64,000 bases of DNA. It comes from Patescibacteria group bacterium. GTDB lineage: Bacteria; Patescibacteriota; UBA1384; JBBRAU01. The translations under genes were made by a program, and so were the position numbers. The stretch spans positions 13,852-77,851 of the forward strand of contig JBBRAU010000003.1 of NCBI GenBank assembly GCA_038206475.1. The letters run 5' to 3'. Below, piece by piece: positions 41,173 to 51,244 of the stretch. Every line of letters starts with the position of its first letter. Position 1 is the stretch's first letter. The notes under the pieces are model-generated. The model worked only from the letters and a program-made list of their open reading frames with translations. It made no database searches and was not told the DNA's origin.

Positions 41173-42639
41173 ATGCCGCGTTTTAAACCAGATAAGCGTA
41201 CGGAGATTCCACAGTCGCCGGGTGTGTACGGCTTTTTTGATACGGCCGCTCATTTGCTGTACATCGGCAAAGCCAAGAACTTGCGCGACCGCGTTAAAAG
41301 TTACTTTGCTAAAACGGTTGAGCGCGGGCCGCAGGTGCTGGAGATGCTACCCAAAATTGCCAGCATTTTGATTGAAGAGACCGATTCTGAGATTGAAGCG
41401 CTGCTCTTGGAGGCGCGTTTAGTGCGCCAACTGCAGCCCGAGGCCAATACCCAGCTTAAAGATGCCAAGAGTTTTTTGGTACTGGCATTGTTTGACGGTG
41501 ACTTTCCTAGTCTGCAATTTATCCGTCAGCGTGACCTGGAGGCGGCGCGGGCGGGCAAGCTGTACGGTCAAAAAATTAAAGAAACGTACGGGCCATTTTT
41601 GCAACCGGGCCAGGTGCGCGCCGCCATGAAAGTTATCCGTAAAATTCTGCCCTACCGCGACTGTTCACCGAGCAAGTTTGAAACCTACAGAAAAGCCGGC
41701 CGACCCTGTCTGTACGGCTTCTTGAAGCTCTGTCCGGCGCCGTGCGTAGGCCGCATCGAGCGCGCTGAGTACTTGGGACGCATTCGCCAGCTTGACCGCA
41801 TGCTGCTCGGCAAAAAGGAGTTGGTCAAAAAAATGCTCGAGAAGGAGATGCAGCGGGCGTCTAGGCGTAAACAGTTTGAGCTGGCCGCTCGTCTGCGCGA
41901 TCAGGCCCGCGGTCTGGACCACCTGCGCGAAGTGTCGCTCTTAGAGTCAGAGCGAGCCATCCCGGACCAGCCGACGCTCAGAACCGAAGCATTTGATATT
42001 TCGCTGACTTCCGGTACCAACGCAGTCGGCAGTATGGTCGTCTACACCAACGACAAGCCAAATCACAGCCAGTACCGCCGCTTTCGCATCAAGGGTAGCA
42101 GCACCGAGGGGGATTTAAAGATGATGCAGGAGGTGCTGACACGCCGACTGCAGCGCTGCACACGAACAGAGGACAAAGTGTGTTGGCCGCTACCCGGATT
42201 GTGGCTAATAGATGGCGGCCGCGAGCATTTGAAGATAGCTGAAGCGGTTGTCCGCCAATTTGAATACGACATTCCGGTCATGGCGGTGGCTAAAGGGCCG
42301 GAGCGTAAGAAAGCTGAGGTGTTTTACTCTGATGAAGGCCGCATTCGGCGTCTGACACAAGCCTTTGATTTTGACAAATTTGTCCGTGGCCTGCGCGACG
42401 AAGCGCACCGCTTTGCCATCACCTATCATCGCAATATCCGCAGCAAAAAGAGCTTTAGTTCGCTCTTTGACCAAATTCCGGGCATTGGTCCGGCCAGTCG
42501 GCGAGCGCTGTTGATGCATTTTGGCTCCGCCATGGCGGTGCACCGGGCCAGTGAAGCCGAGCTAGCCAAAGTGGTTGGTCCGGCCAAAGCCAAGACTGTC
42601 TGCCAGTACCTAGCGGCCGAGGCAGCGCAGTCGTCGTAG
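41173..42639 (+). CDS. uvrC: Excinuclease ABC subunit C (short)
   Basis: N-terminal GIY-YIG (GVYGFFD...LLYIGKAKNLRDRVKSY), UvrBC-interaction region, C-terminal RNaseH-like endonuclease and HhH (GIGPASRRALLMHFGS). Confidence 0.85.
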   Translation: MPRFKPDKRTEIPQSPGVYGFFDTAAHLLYIGKAKNLRDRVKSYFAKTVERGPQVLEMLPKIASILIEETDSEIEALLLEARLVRQLQPEANTQLKDAKSFLVLALFDGDFPSLQFIRQRDLEAARAGKLYGQKIKETYGPFLQPGQVRAAMKVIRKILPYRDCSPSKFETYRKAGRPCLYGFLKLCPAPCVGRIERAEYLGRIRQLDRMLLGKKELVKKMLEKEMQRASRRKQFELAARLRDQARGLDHLREVSLLESERAIPDQPTLRTEAFDISLTSGTNAVGSMVVYTNDKPNHSQYRRFRIKGSSTEGDLKMMQEVLTRRLQRCTRTEDKVCWPLPGLWLIDGGREHLKIAEAVVRQFEYDIPVMAVAKGPERKKAEVFYSDEGRIRRLTQAFDFDKFVRGLRDEAHRFAITYHRNIRSKKSFSSLFDQIPGIGPASRRALLMHFGSAMAVHRASEAELAKVVGPAKAKTVCQYLAAEAAQSS

Positions 42640-42719
42640 CCAACCATGTGCTATCCTAAAGGGAGAATAGAATAAGGTAGAACCTGGGGGTAACAAGGAG
42701 GCTGCTGAAACCGCTGATT

Positions 42720-43418
42720 GTGGCTAATTGGAAGGCGTACCCAACCGTGGCCGATGCTATGGTGCAGGTGCATGCCTTGTCGCAAGCCCGCGAGAAGCTC
42801 GCTGGGGTCAGTTTGGTACTCTGTCCGTCCGCGCCGCTGTTGCCGCTGCTGCAGCTGGAGTTGGCACCGAGGCCAGCTGATATCGCTCTCGGGGCGCAGG
42901 ATGTCAGTGCCGAGTCGGCCGGTAACCGCACCGGCGAAATTGAGGCGACACTTTTAGCTACCTGGTGCCGCTACGCTATTATTGGCCACTCTGAGCGTCG
43001 GCAGTACCAGGTTGAAACCGATGAGATTATTAGTCGTAAGTTGCAACAAGCGCAATCCGCCGGGCTGACGCCGCTGTTGTGTGTTGGTGAACAGACGCAA
43101 GGGCCGGAGGCAGCCGCGGTCGTCGTGGCTCAAGCCGAGGCGGTGCTCCGCCCGTTGGCGCCTGCGCCGCAGATTATCTTTGCCTACGAGCCGATTTGGG
43201 CGATTGGGGCGGCCGAGCCGGCCTCCGCTGACTATGCCCAGATGATTTTGCAGGCTTTGCTGGCAAAATGGCCACAGTCATTTGTGCTCTATGGCGGCGC
43301 GGTAACTGCCACCACCGCCAGGCAGTATCTAGACGTAGGCTTTGCCGGTTTGCTGCTTGGTCGCGCCTCCTTAAAAACCAGCGATTTGTTGGCGGTCATT
43401 GATGCAGTCCGTCACTGA
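42720..43418 (+). CDS. tpiA: Triosephosphate isomerase
   Basis: ANWKAY (catalytic K), IGHSERR (His), YEPIWAIG (Glu). GTG start; the exact start is uncertain. Confidence 0.8.
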   Translation: MANWKAYPTVADAMVQVHALSQAREKLAGVSLVLCPSAPLLPLLQLELAPRPADIALGAQDVSAESAGNRTGEIEATLLATWCRYAIIGHSERRQYQVETDEIISRKLQQAQSAGLTPLLCVGEQTQGPEAAAVVVAQAEAVLRPLAPAPQIIFAYEPIWAIGAAEPASADYAQMILQALLAKWPQSFVLYGGAVTATTARQYLDVGFAGLLLGRASLKTSDLLAVIDAVRH

Positions 43419-44547
43419 GCTGCATGATTTGCGCGGCAAGCGCGTGCTGCTGCGGGCTGACTTAAACGTACCGCTCACACCTGGCCGTGGCGGCCGCCAA
43501 ATGGTGCGCTCCAGCTTTCGGATCAAGCAAATTCTGCCAACCCTGCAACTCTTGCTGCAGCGCGGTGCCAGCGTCGTTGTCCTGTCGCACTTCGGCCGGC
43601 CAGCGGGTAAAGTTGACCGCAGTCTGTCCCTAAAACCGGTCGCTGAAACGTTGGCTGAACTGCTCAATCGGGCCGTGCCCTGGACTGATCACGTCATGTC
43701 GATGGCGGTGCGCCGGCAAGTGGGTGCGCTGAAACCAGGGCAGCTCTGCCTGCTCGGTAATTTGCGCTTTCTGCCGGGAGAAGAGAAGCCAAGCAAAAGG
43801 CTAGCCCATGAATTGGCCGAGCTCGGTGACGTCTATGTTAACGACGCCTTCTCCGTTTGCCACCGCGCTCATATGTCGGTGGTGCTGTTGCCAAAATTAC
43901 TGCCGGCTTACGCTGGCCTGCAGCTTGAAAAAGAGACGCAGCTGCTCGGCCAGCTCAAAACCGCCCCGCGGCGGCCGTTTGTGCTCATACTGGGTGGTGC
44001 TAAGCTTGTAGATAAAATTCCGCTCATGCGGCACCTGCTGCCACAAGCCGATGCGGTCATTTTGGGCGGCGGTATTGCCAACACCTTTTTAGCGGCCTCG
44101 GGTGAACCGGTTTCACGGTCGCTGACCGAGCCGAACGATTTTGCCCTGGCCCGCCGGCTGCTCAAGCAATATCGGCATAAGTTGCACTTGCCAGTTGACT
44201 GGCTAACCGACCGGCCTTCGGCCAACACCTTTCGCATTTTAGATCTTGGTCCGCTGTCCCTCTCCCGCATTCGGCCACTCGTGTCGGAGGCGGCGGATAT
44301 TTTCTGGAACGGTGACCTCGGTTTGGTAGAAGACGACCGTTTTTCCGGCTCCACACGTCAAGTTGGCCAGTGGCTGGCCAAACACTCTGCCCACGCCCGG
44401 ACGATTGTTTCTGGCGGTGACACTACCGGCTTTCTCGATCAAGAACACCTGCTTGGGCAAATGAGCTTTGTCTCAACCGGCGGCGGCGCGACACTGGCCT
44501 ATCTCGCCGGCCAACCGATGCCAGGCCTTGCCTCGTTAGACGCCTAA
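43399..44547 (+). CDS. pgk: Phosphoglycerate kinase
   Basis: KRVLLRADLNVP N-terminus. Hinge and nucleotide-binding glycine-rich motifs (GGGIANTF; VSGGDT). Confidence 0.9.
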   Translation: MMQSVTELHDLRGKRVLLRADLNVPLTPGRGGRQMVRSSFRIKQILPTLQLLLQRGASVVVLSHFGRPAGKVDRSLSLKPVAETLAELLNRAVPWTDHVMSMAVRRQVGALKPGQLCLLGNLRFLPGEEKPSKRLAHELAELGDVYVNDAFSVCHRAHMSVVLLPKLLPAYAGLQLEKETQLLGQLKTAPRRPFVLILGGAKLVDKIPLMRHLLPQADAVILGGGIANTFLAASGEPVSRSLTEPNDFALARRLLKQYRHKLHLPVDWLTDRPSANTFRILDLGPLSLSRIRPLVSEAADIFWNGDLGLVEDDRFSGSTRQVGQWLAKHSAHARTIVSGGDTTGFLDQEHLLGQMSFVSTGGGATLAYLAGQPMPGLASLDA

Positions 44548-44640
44548 CAACCTTCCACTTTTTTGACCGCTCTGCTAATGTCAAGTGAACTTGACACAGC
44601 AGTCGGTTGTTTTTGTATTGGCATAAGACAAAAGGAACAC

Positions 44641-45861
44641 ATGACGATTACCGATATCACCTACAGTACGGAGACTTTGCCCAAAAGCCGCGTTAAAATT
44701 ACCGCCAGCGTGTCGACCGAGGTGATGGCGGCCGAGAGCGAGCAGGTGGCTGAGGCGCTGGCCACCCAGGTCAAAGCGCCTGGCTTTCGGCCAGGCAAAG
44801 TGCCTAAGGATATCGCTATGCGCGAGCTTGGCCCAGAGCGCATTCGGGCAGCGGTGCTGGAGACGATTCTGCCGGGATTGTACCGCTTAGTCGTTGAAGC
44901 CGACAAGCTGCGCATTATCGGCCAACCAACCATTGACGTGCAGGAGATCGGTGCCGGCAAGCCGTTGCGCTGCACTATTGAAGTTGATGTGTTGCCTGAG
45001 GTTCAGTTGGCTGATTACACACGCATTCGCGTGCCTGCCGAGCCGATTACTGTGACACCGGAGATGGCCGAGGAGGCACTGATCTCGCTTCGGCGCGAGC
45101 GGGCCAAAATTGCCGCGGTTGACCGCGGGGCTGAAAAAGGCGACCGCATCGAGATTACCTTCACTGGCCGCGAGGACGGTGTCGCCCTTGAGCAGTTGTC
45201 CAGTCAAAACTACCCGTTCATTCTCGGCGAGGGTCAACTGGTGCCAGGTTTTGAAGATCAACTCATTGGTTTGAAACGCGGTGAGTCGAAAATCTTTACC
45301 CTAACTTTGCCGAAAGAAAAAATGCCCAAAGATTTAGCCGGCAAGACGGTAGAATTTACGGTCGCGGTCAGTGAGCTGCAATCGGTTGAGCTGCCGGAGG
45401 TGGATGACCAGTTTGCCGTCAGTTGGGGCGCTAGCTCGGCCGCTGACCTCAAGGCTAAATTGCAAATTCAACTGGAGAAGCAGGCAGCGGACGCCTCACG
45501 CGAGGCGCAGGATGCAAAAATTCTCGACCAATTGCTGGAGAAAACGACGACCGAGGTCCCAGCATCGCTCGTGACCGAAGAGATTGCCCGCACTAAGCAT
45601 GATCTAGCAGAGCAAGTCGCACGACAAGGTTTGAAATTTGAGGATTATCTCTTGATGATCAAGCAAACCGAAGACAGCTTAACCGTCCAGCTGACACCGC
45701 AAGCCGAGCGGCGCGTCAAAATTGGTCTAGCCTTGGCGAAAGTGGCAGAACAAGAGAAGATATCAGTATCTGAGCAGACCGATTTAGTGCAAGTCATTGA
45801 ACGGTTGCGCCAGATTGCCGAAGAAGGCGATAATAACCCGAAGGAGAAACGTGAATCCTGA
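44641..45861 (+). CDS. tig: Trigger factor
   Basis: N-terminal ribosome-binding domain, FKBP-like PPIase middle (GFRPGKVP...) and C-terminal arm. Start at ATG 44641 with RBS AAAAGGAACAC. Confidence 0.8.
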   Translation: MTITDITYSTETLPKSRVKITASVSTEVMAAESEQVAEALATQVKAPGFRPGKVPKDIAMRELGPERIRAAVLETILPGLYRLVVEADKLRIIGQPTIDVQEIGAGKPLRCTIEVDVLPEVQLADYTRIRVPAEPITVTPEMAEEALISLRRERAKIAAVDRGAEKGDRIEITFTGREDGVALEQLSSQNYPFILGEGQLVPGFEDQLIGLKRGESKIFTLTLPKEKMPKDLAGKTVEFTVAVSELQSVELPEVDDQFAVSWGASSAADLKAKLQIQLEKQAADASREAQDAKILDQLLEKTTTEVPASLVTEEIARTKHDLAEQVARQGLKFEDYLLMIKQTEDSLTVQLTPQAERRVKIGLALAKVAEQEKISVSEQTDLVQVIERLRQIAEEGDNNPKEKRES

Positions 45862-46549
45862 TACGTCTCACGGCCAAAGCAAACTAACCAAAACACTACT
45901 GAATATGGAAAGTTCCTACTTAGTGCCGATGGTGATTGAAAAATCGCAGTATGGTGAGCGGGCCTACGACATTTACTCTCGTTTACTGCGCGAACGCATT
46001 ATCTTCCTCGGCGGGCCGGTTGATGATGGCATGGCCAACGTCATTATTGCTCAGCTGTTGTTTTTAGAGTCAGAAGACCCTAAAGCCGATGTGCAAATTT
46101 ACATCAATAGTCCGGGCGGCAGCGTCTCTGCTGGCCTGGCTATTTATGACACCATGACATACATCAAGCCAGACGTTTCAACAATCTGCATCGGTATGGC
46201 CGCCTCGATGGGCGCGTTCCTGCTGGCTGGCGGCCAAAAAGGCAAGCGCTTTGCCTTGCCGAACGCCAAAATCTTAATTCACCAGGTGATGGGTGGTGCC
46301 GAAGGCCAGGCGACCGAAATCGACATCCAGGCGCGCGAAATTTTGCGGGTCCGTGAGCAATTAAATCAGATTTTAGCCGAAAACACTGGCCAACCAATGG
46401 CTAAAATTGCCCGTGATACCGAGCGGGACTACTACATGACCGCCGAGGAGGCCAAGCAGTACGGCGTCATCGACCATATTATTAGCCGGACGGGCGAAAT
46501 GACCACCGAACCGGACAAGAAGTCGGCCGGTCGAAAGGGCAAGAAATGA
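45850..46549 (+). CDS. clpP: ATP-dependent Clp protease proteolytic subunit ClpP
   Basis: [20 protein letters not shown]...Ser (GMAASMG), His and Asp triad. GTG at 45850 behind the AAGGAGAAAC RBS, overlapping the tig stop. Confidence 0.85.
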
Positions 46550-47529
46550 CCGTTGCCGAGTTGTTTGAGCGAGCCATCCGCTCTGGTATAGCCGCCGACC
46601 CGCGTGGACGCGATGGTGTGGTCGCTGCCCTCAGGCGCGAACGTAAACAGTACGACGGGCTTGGCCGCCACGATCGTGATGTGTTTGACGAGGAGCGCCT
46701 GACGAATCCATACGCTGATTCGCGGCTCTTGACCGGTGACGCTGCAAAAACCGTCAAGCGTATGCTCGTTGGCATTGATATTCATCCGGCCGAGGTGTTG
46801 CTGTCGGCTGAACTTGAGCGCCGCGGTCAGCCGATTGATCTGATTGTGGCCCACCATCCGGAGGGTAAAGGCTTGGCCGCATTGGACCAGGTGATGGATT
46901 TACAGACCGATGTTTTTGCTGAACAAGGCGTGCCAATAAACATCGCACACGCTTTGATGAGAAAGCGAATGGGACAGGTAGCGCGCGGACTGTCGCCGGA
47001 AAATCACCACCAATCAGTCGATGCGGCAGCGTTACTTGGATACACCTTTCTGTGTTTGCACACGCCGGCCGATAACCGCGCCTGGCGCTTTATGCAGCAG
47101 CTACTTGACCGGCACGCCGCCGAAACAGTCGCCGAAGTGGTTGAGGCCATTCAGCAGGTGCCGGAGTATGAGCAAGCTGCCCTGCGTGGTACGCCAGTGC
47201 AAGTGGTGGTTGGCTCGCCGGACAGTAGAACCGGAAAAACCGTCGCCCTCGAATTTACCGGCGGCACCAACTTTGGCAAGGAGATGTACGAACATCTGGC
47301 CCGCGCTGGCGTTGGTACCATCATTTCGATGCACATGCGCGAAGAGCATCGGGATGAGGCCGAGAAAAACCATATCAATGTCATCATTGCACCGCACATG
47401 GCCTCCGATTCGTTGGGTATGAATCTTTTGCTTGATGAATTTAGTCAGGCGGGGATAGAGGTCGTCCCGTGCTCTGGCTTTATTCGCGTCGAGCGCAAAC
47501 GCCGCGGCCGCAAACCGCGCAGCAAGTAA
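46546..47529 (+). CDS. Nif3/YqfO-family dinuclear-metal-centre protein
   Basis: [10 protein letters not shown] motif and C-terminal His/Glu ligands. 4-nt overlap with clpP. Arg/Lys-rich tail. Confidence 0.65.
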   Translation: MTVAELFERAIRSGIAADPRGRDGVVAALRRERKQYDGLGRHDRDVFDEERLTNPYADSRLLTGDAAKTVKRMLVGIDIHPAEVLLSAELERRGQPIDLIVAHHPEGKGLAALDQVMDLQTDVFAEQGVPINIAHALMRKRMGQVARGLSPENHHQSVDAAALLGYTFLCLHTPADNRAWRFMQQLLDRHAAETVAEVVEAIQQVPEYEQAALRGTPVQVVVGSPDSRTGKTVALEFTGGTNFGKEMYEHLARAGVGTIISMHMREEHRDEAEKNHINVIIAPHMASDSLGMNLLLDEFSQAGIEVVPCSGFIRVERKRRGRKPRSK

Positions 47530-47548
47530 TTTGCAGCCCAAAATAATA

Positions 47549-47574
47549 ACCGCGCCGATGAAGGCGCGGTTTTG
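47549..47574 (+). terminator. Rho-independent terminator after the nif3-like gene
   Basis: accgcgcc-gatgaa-ggcgcggt-TTTT. Confidence 0.55.
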
Positions 47575-47584
47575 GGGTCGACGG

Positions 47585-48184
47585 TTAGAAGCCGAGCCAG
47601 GTGAGGGCCAGCAGGAGATCACGCAGCCGTTTACTGTCATGTCCGCCTGCAAGCGGCTTCTCGCGCAGGTGAATCGCTGCCTCGGCTAGCGACAGATTGA
47701 GCATGTCGTGGCGTTTAAGCAGACGCTCACTAGACGCTCGCATTTTCAATGCTTGGAACACAGAAGGCGAGTCGCCTCGGTAGGGTTGAGGCTGCACCTG
47801 CCGCTCCAGGCAGTGCTTGGCGAGTTGAATCAGTGCGGTCGGACCGAAACCTTTTGTGGCGCGCATGAGCTCAAGCAGTTCATTCGCCGTGAGCTGTTGA
47901 ATCGGCGCGAGATCTTCCGGACTGTGCAGAACTCCTTGCTCAACGAGGTGTATTAATCCCCACTGGGCATAGGCATTGTCGCACGGAAATCGAAGCATGA
48001 GACGATAGTTGCGTTCAGATTGATTGATCGTCGCGACGACCGCCTGTCCAAAACGCCAGTTGTCGAGCAAATCTACCACCTGCCGAACAGTTTTTTGCCC
48101 CTCTTCACAGGAGGGATTGACGCACTGGCGGCGAGTATATGGCTCACCGCAGACAGCACAGGTTATTGGCCCGTACACGCTCAT
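47585..48184 (-). CDS. Hypothetical protein with an N-terminal C4 zinc-ribbon (CAVCGEPYTRRQCVNPSC)
   Basis: GGAGG RBS 10 nt upstream of the ATG at 48184 on the minus strand. The listed ORF start at 48241 is an upstream extension. Confidence 0.45.
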   Translation of the reverse strand: MSVYGPITCAVCGEPYTRRQCVNPSCEEGQKTVRQVVDLLDNWRFGQAVVATINQSERNYRLMLRFPCDNAYAQWGLIHLVEQGVLHSPEDLAPIQQLTANELLELMRATKGFGPTALIQLAKHCLERQVQPQPYRGDSPSVFQALKMRASSERLLKRHDMLNLSLAEAAIHLREKPLAGGHDSKRLRDLLLALTWLGF

Positions 48185-48260
48185 TTCCAGGTACCTCCAG
48201 AGGAAAGACAGAGATACATTGATATATAATATAAGTAGCACATAATGTCAATGTTGTGTG

Positions 48261-48300
48261 GTTAAAAATGCACTCCCTGGTCAGGGAGTGCAGAGTTTTT
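48261..48300. terminator. Bidirectional hairpin terminator (gcactccctg-gt-cagggagtgc, flanked by A- and T-runs)
   Basis: Perfect 10-bp stem. AAAAAT lies 5' and AGAGTTTTT lies 3'. Confidence 0.55.
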
Positions 48301-48876
48301 CTACTGGCCGCGGTAGTAGTTGATCACATGTCGCCACTGCGGAGTGACGCGTTGGCGATTCTTTAAGTTGAGCGTGCCGTAGAGGAGGTCACAGAGAGGT
48401 AGCACGACGTTATAGTTTGACCACTGCTGCTTGTGGTGGATGTAATGGTGGCGCTCCAAGAACTGAAAGAAGCGCTGTCGCTTTAGCCAAACGACGGTGT
48501 GCTGCCAGGTGCCCAGTGGCTGTTCTGGTGGAGTTGTGTGCTGGACTTCATGGAACACCTCATACGCTACGAGACAAAGCAGAGCCGTGAGCATAAAGAC
48601 CACCACATTGATCCAGCCACAGCGCCAGCCGATCAACAGGAACATCGGAGCGTGCATCAGGTATATTTTGGGCATAAACGAGCCGTCGGTCAGTACTTTT
48701 TGTCCGGCCGGGACCCAAAATGTCTTCCAGCTGCGTTCAACATGGTGGTGCAGCGTATGCCGCTCGAAAGCCTGGTGCAGCCAGCGGATGCGGTGGTGCA
48801 TCGGATAACGGTGGACACAGTATTCCAAGTGGCTGTAGTAACAGATCGCGACAACAAACCAGAGAAGATGCTGCAT
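48301..48876 (-). CDS. Fatty-acid hydroxylase superfamily membrane protein (di-iron His-box enzyme)
   Basis: Three His boxes: HRYPMHH, HTLHHH, HHYIHH. Four TM segments. AAGGAG RBS 8 nt upstream of the ATG at 48876. Confidence 0.65.
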   Translation of the reverse strand: MQHLLWFVVAICYYSHLEYCVHRYPMHHRIRWLHQAFERHTLHHHVERSWKTFWVPAGQKVLTDGSFMPKIYLMHAPMFLLIGWRCGWINVVVFMLTALLCLVAYEVFHEVQHTTPPEQPLGTWQHTVVWLKRQRFFQFLERHHYIHHKQQWSNYNVVLPLCDLLYGTLNLKNRQRVTPQWRHVINYYRGQ

Positions 48877-48949
48877 GTCGGAGCTCCTTGATAGGCGAAA
48901 AAGCAGAAATCGATACAAAGCACCTTTAATGTATCAGATAGAAGTACCG

Positions 48950-48978
48950 TTGACACACGTAGACGAGCATGCTAGTTT
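48950..48978 (+). promoter_or_regulatory. Candidate sigma70-type promoter for the 16S rRNA (TTGACA-17-TAGTTT)
   Basis: cTTGACACACGT -35 context resembles the one upstream of the 23S (59049). AT-rich surroundings. Confidence 0.3.
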
Positions 48979-49212
48979 AGGTAAAGAAGAGCCAACGGAA
49001 GTTGGTTCTCTTAAATGCTCGAACTTGAATAATTTGTATCACACAAACGTATTCAGATCTTCTCCCCGGAGAACTGAATACACCAATAATAGAAGAATCA
49101 AAACATCAGAGTACGGGATCAACACAACATTTTTCTCGGGGTGCCAAAGCATGGTGCTTCTCCGAGCAAACTCTTTGTTTCGCTGGCCGCAAGGTTTGCG
49201 TAACTTATATGG

Positions 49213-50668
<1,456 letters not shown>

Positions 50669-50810
50669 TAGGGATATTGCCGCCAGTAATGGATGCTCCT
50701 TCGGGAGACTGTCTGCCAAAGGGTAGACAGTGCTATTCCAGGTCGATCTTGTAGTTGGAAACAGCTACAGGACTCCCGTACTCTGGTGTTTCGATTCTTC
50801 TTCAACAAAC

Positions 50811-50840
50811 AAAAACAGCGCTTATGCGCTGTTTTTGTTG
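50811..50840 (+). terminator. Rho-independent terminator ~150 nt downstream of the 16S 3' end
   Basis: AAAAacagcgc-ttat-gcgctgtTTTTG. Confidence 0.6.
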
Positions 50841-50875
50841 GCGGTGTTCAGTCGGTCATCTGCTAGACTAGGGGA

Positions 50876-51244
50876 GTGATACTAACTGACTGGTTGAGCT
50901 GGTGGTATGGGTCTGGTGTGGCGGAGCTGAAGCTGCGTCTCAAGTTTCTGTTCGTCTCGTTGCTCAATACGTTTAGTGTGCCGGTGCTACTGTCGACCTT
51001 ATTTGACCCATGGCGTCGCGATGAGATGAAAGTCAGCGGCGCGCCGATCAACGTTGAACTGCACGCCGTCTGGATGAATATTATCTCCCGCCTGATCGGT
51101 GCGGTTATCCGTGCCACCACTCTGCTCACCGCTGGCCTGCTTCTACTAATTGCTGCGCTCGTCGGTGCGTTGGCGCTGCTGTTGTGGCTTGGCTGGCCGA
51201 TGTTCGTTTTAATCTGTCTTTGGCAGGTGGTGCGACATGCCTGA
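50876..51244 (+). CDS. Small polytopic membrane protein, hypothetical; translationally coupled to the downstream Clp-like ATPase
   Basis: GTG start. Three hydrophobic helices. ATGCCTGA overlap with the next gene. Confidence 0.4.
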   Translation: MILTDWLSWWYGSGVAELKLRLKFLFVSLLNTFSVPVLLSTLFDPWRRDEMKVSGAPINVELHAVWMNIISRLIGAVIRATTLLTAGLLLLIAALVGALALLLWLGWPMFVLICLWQVVRHA

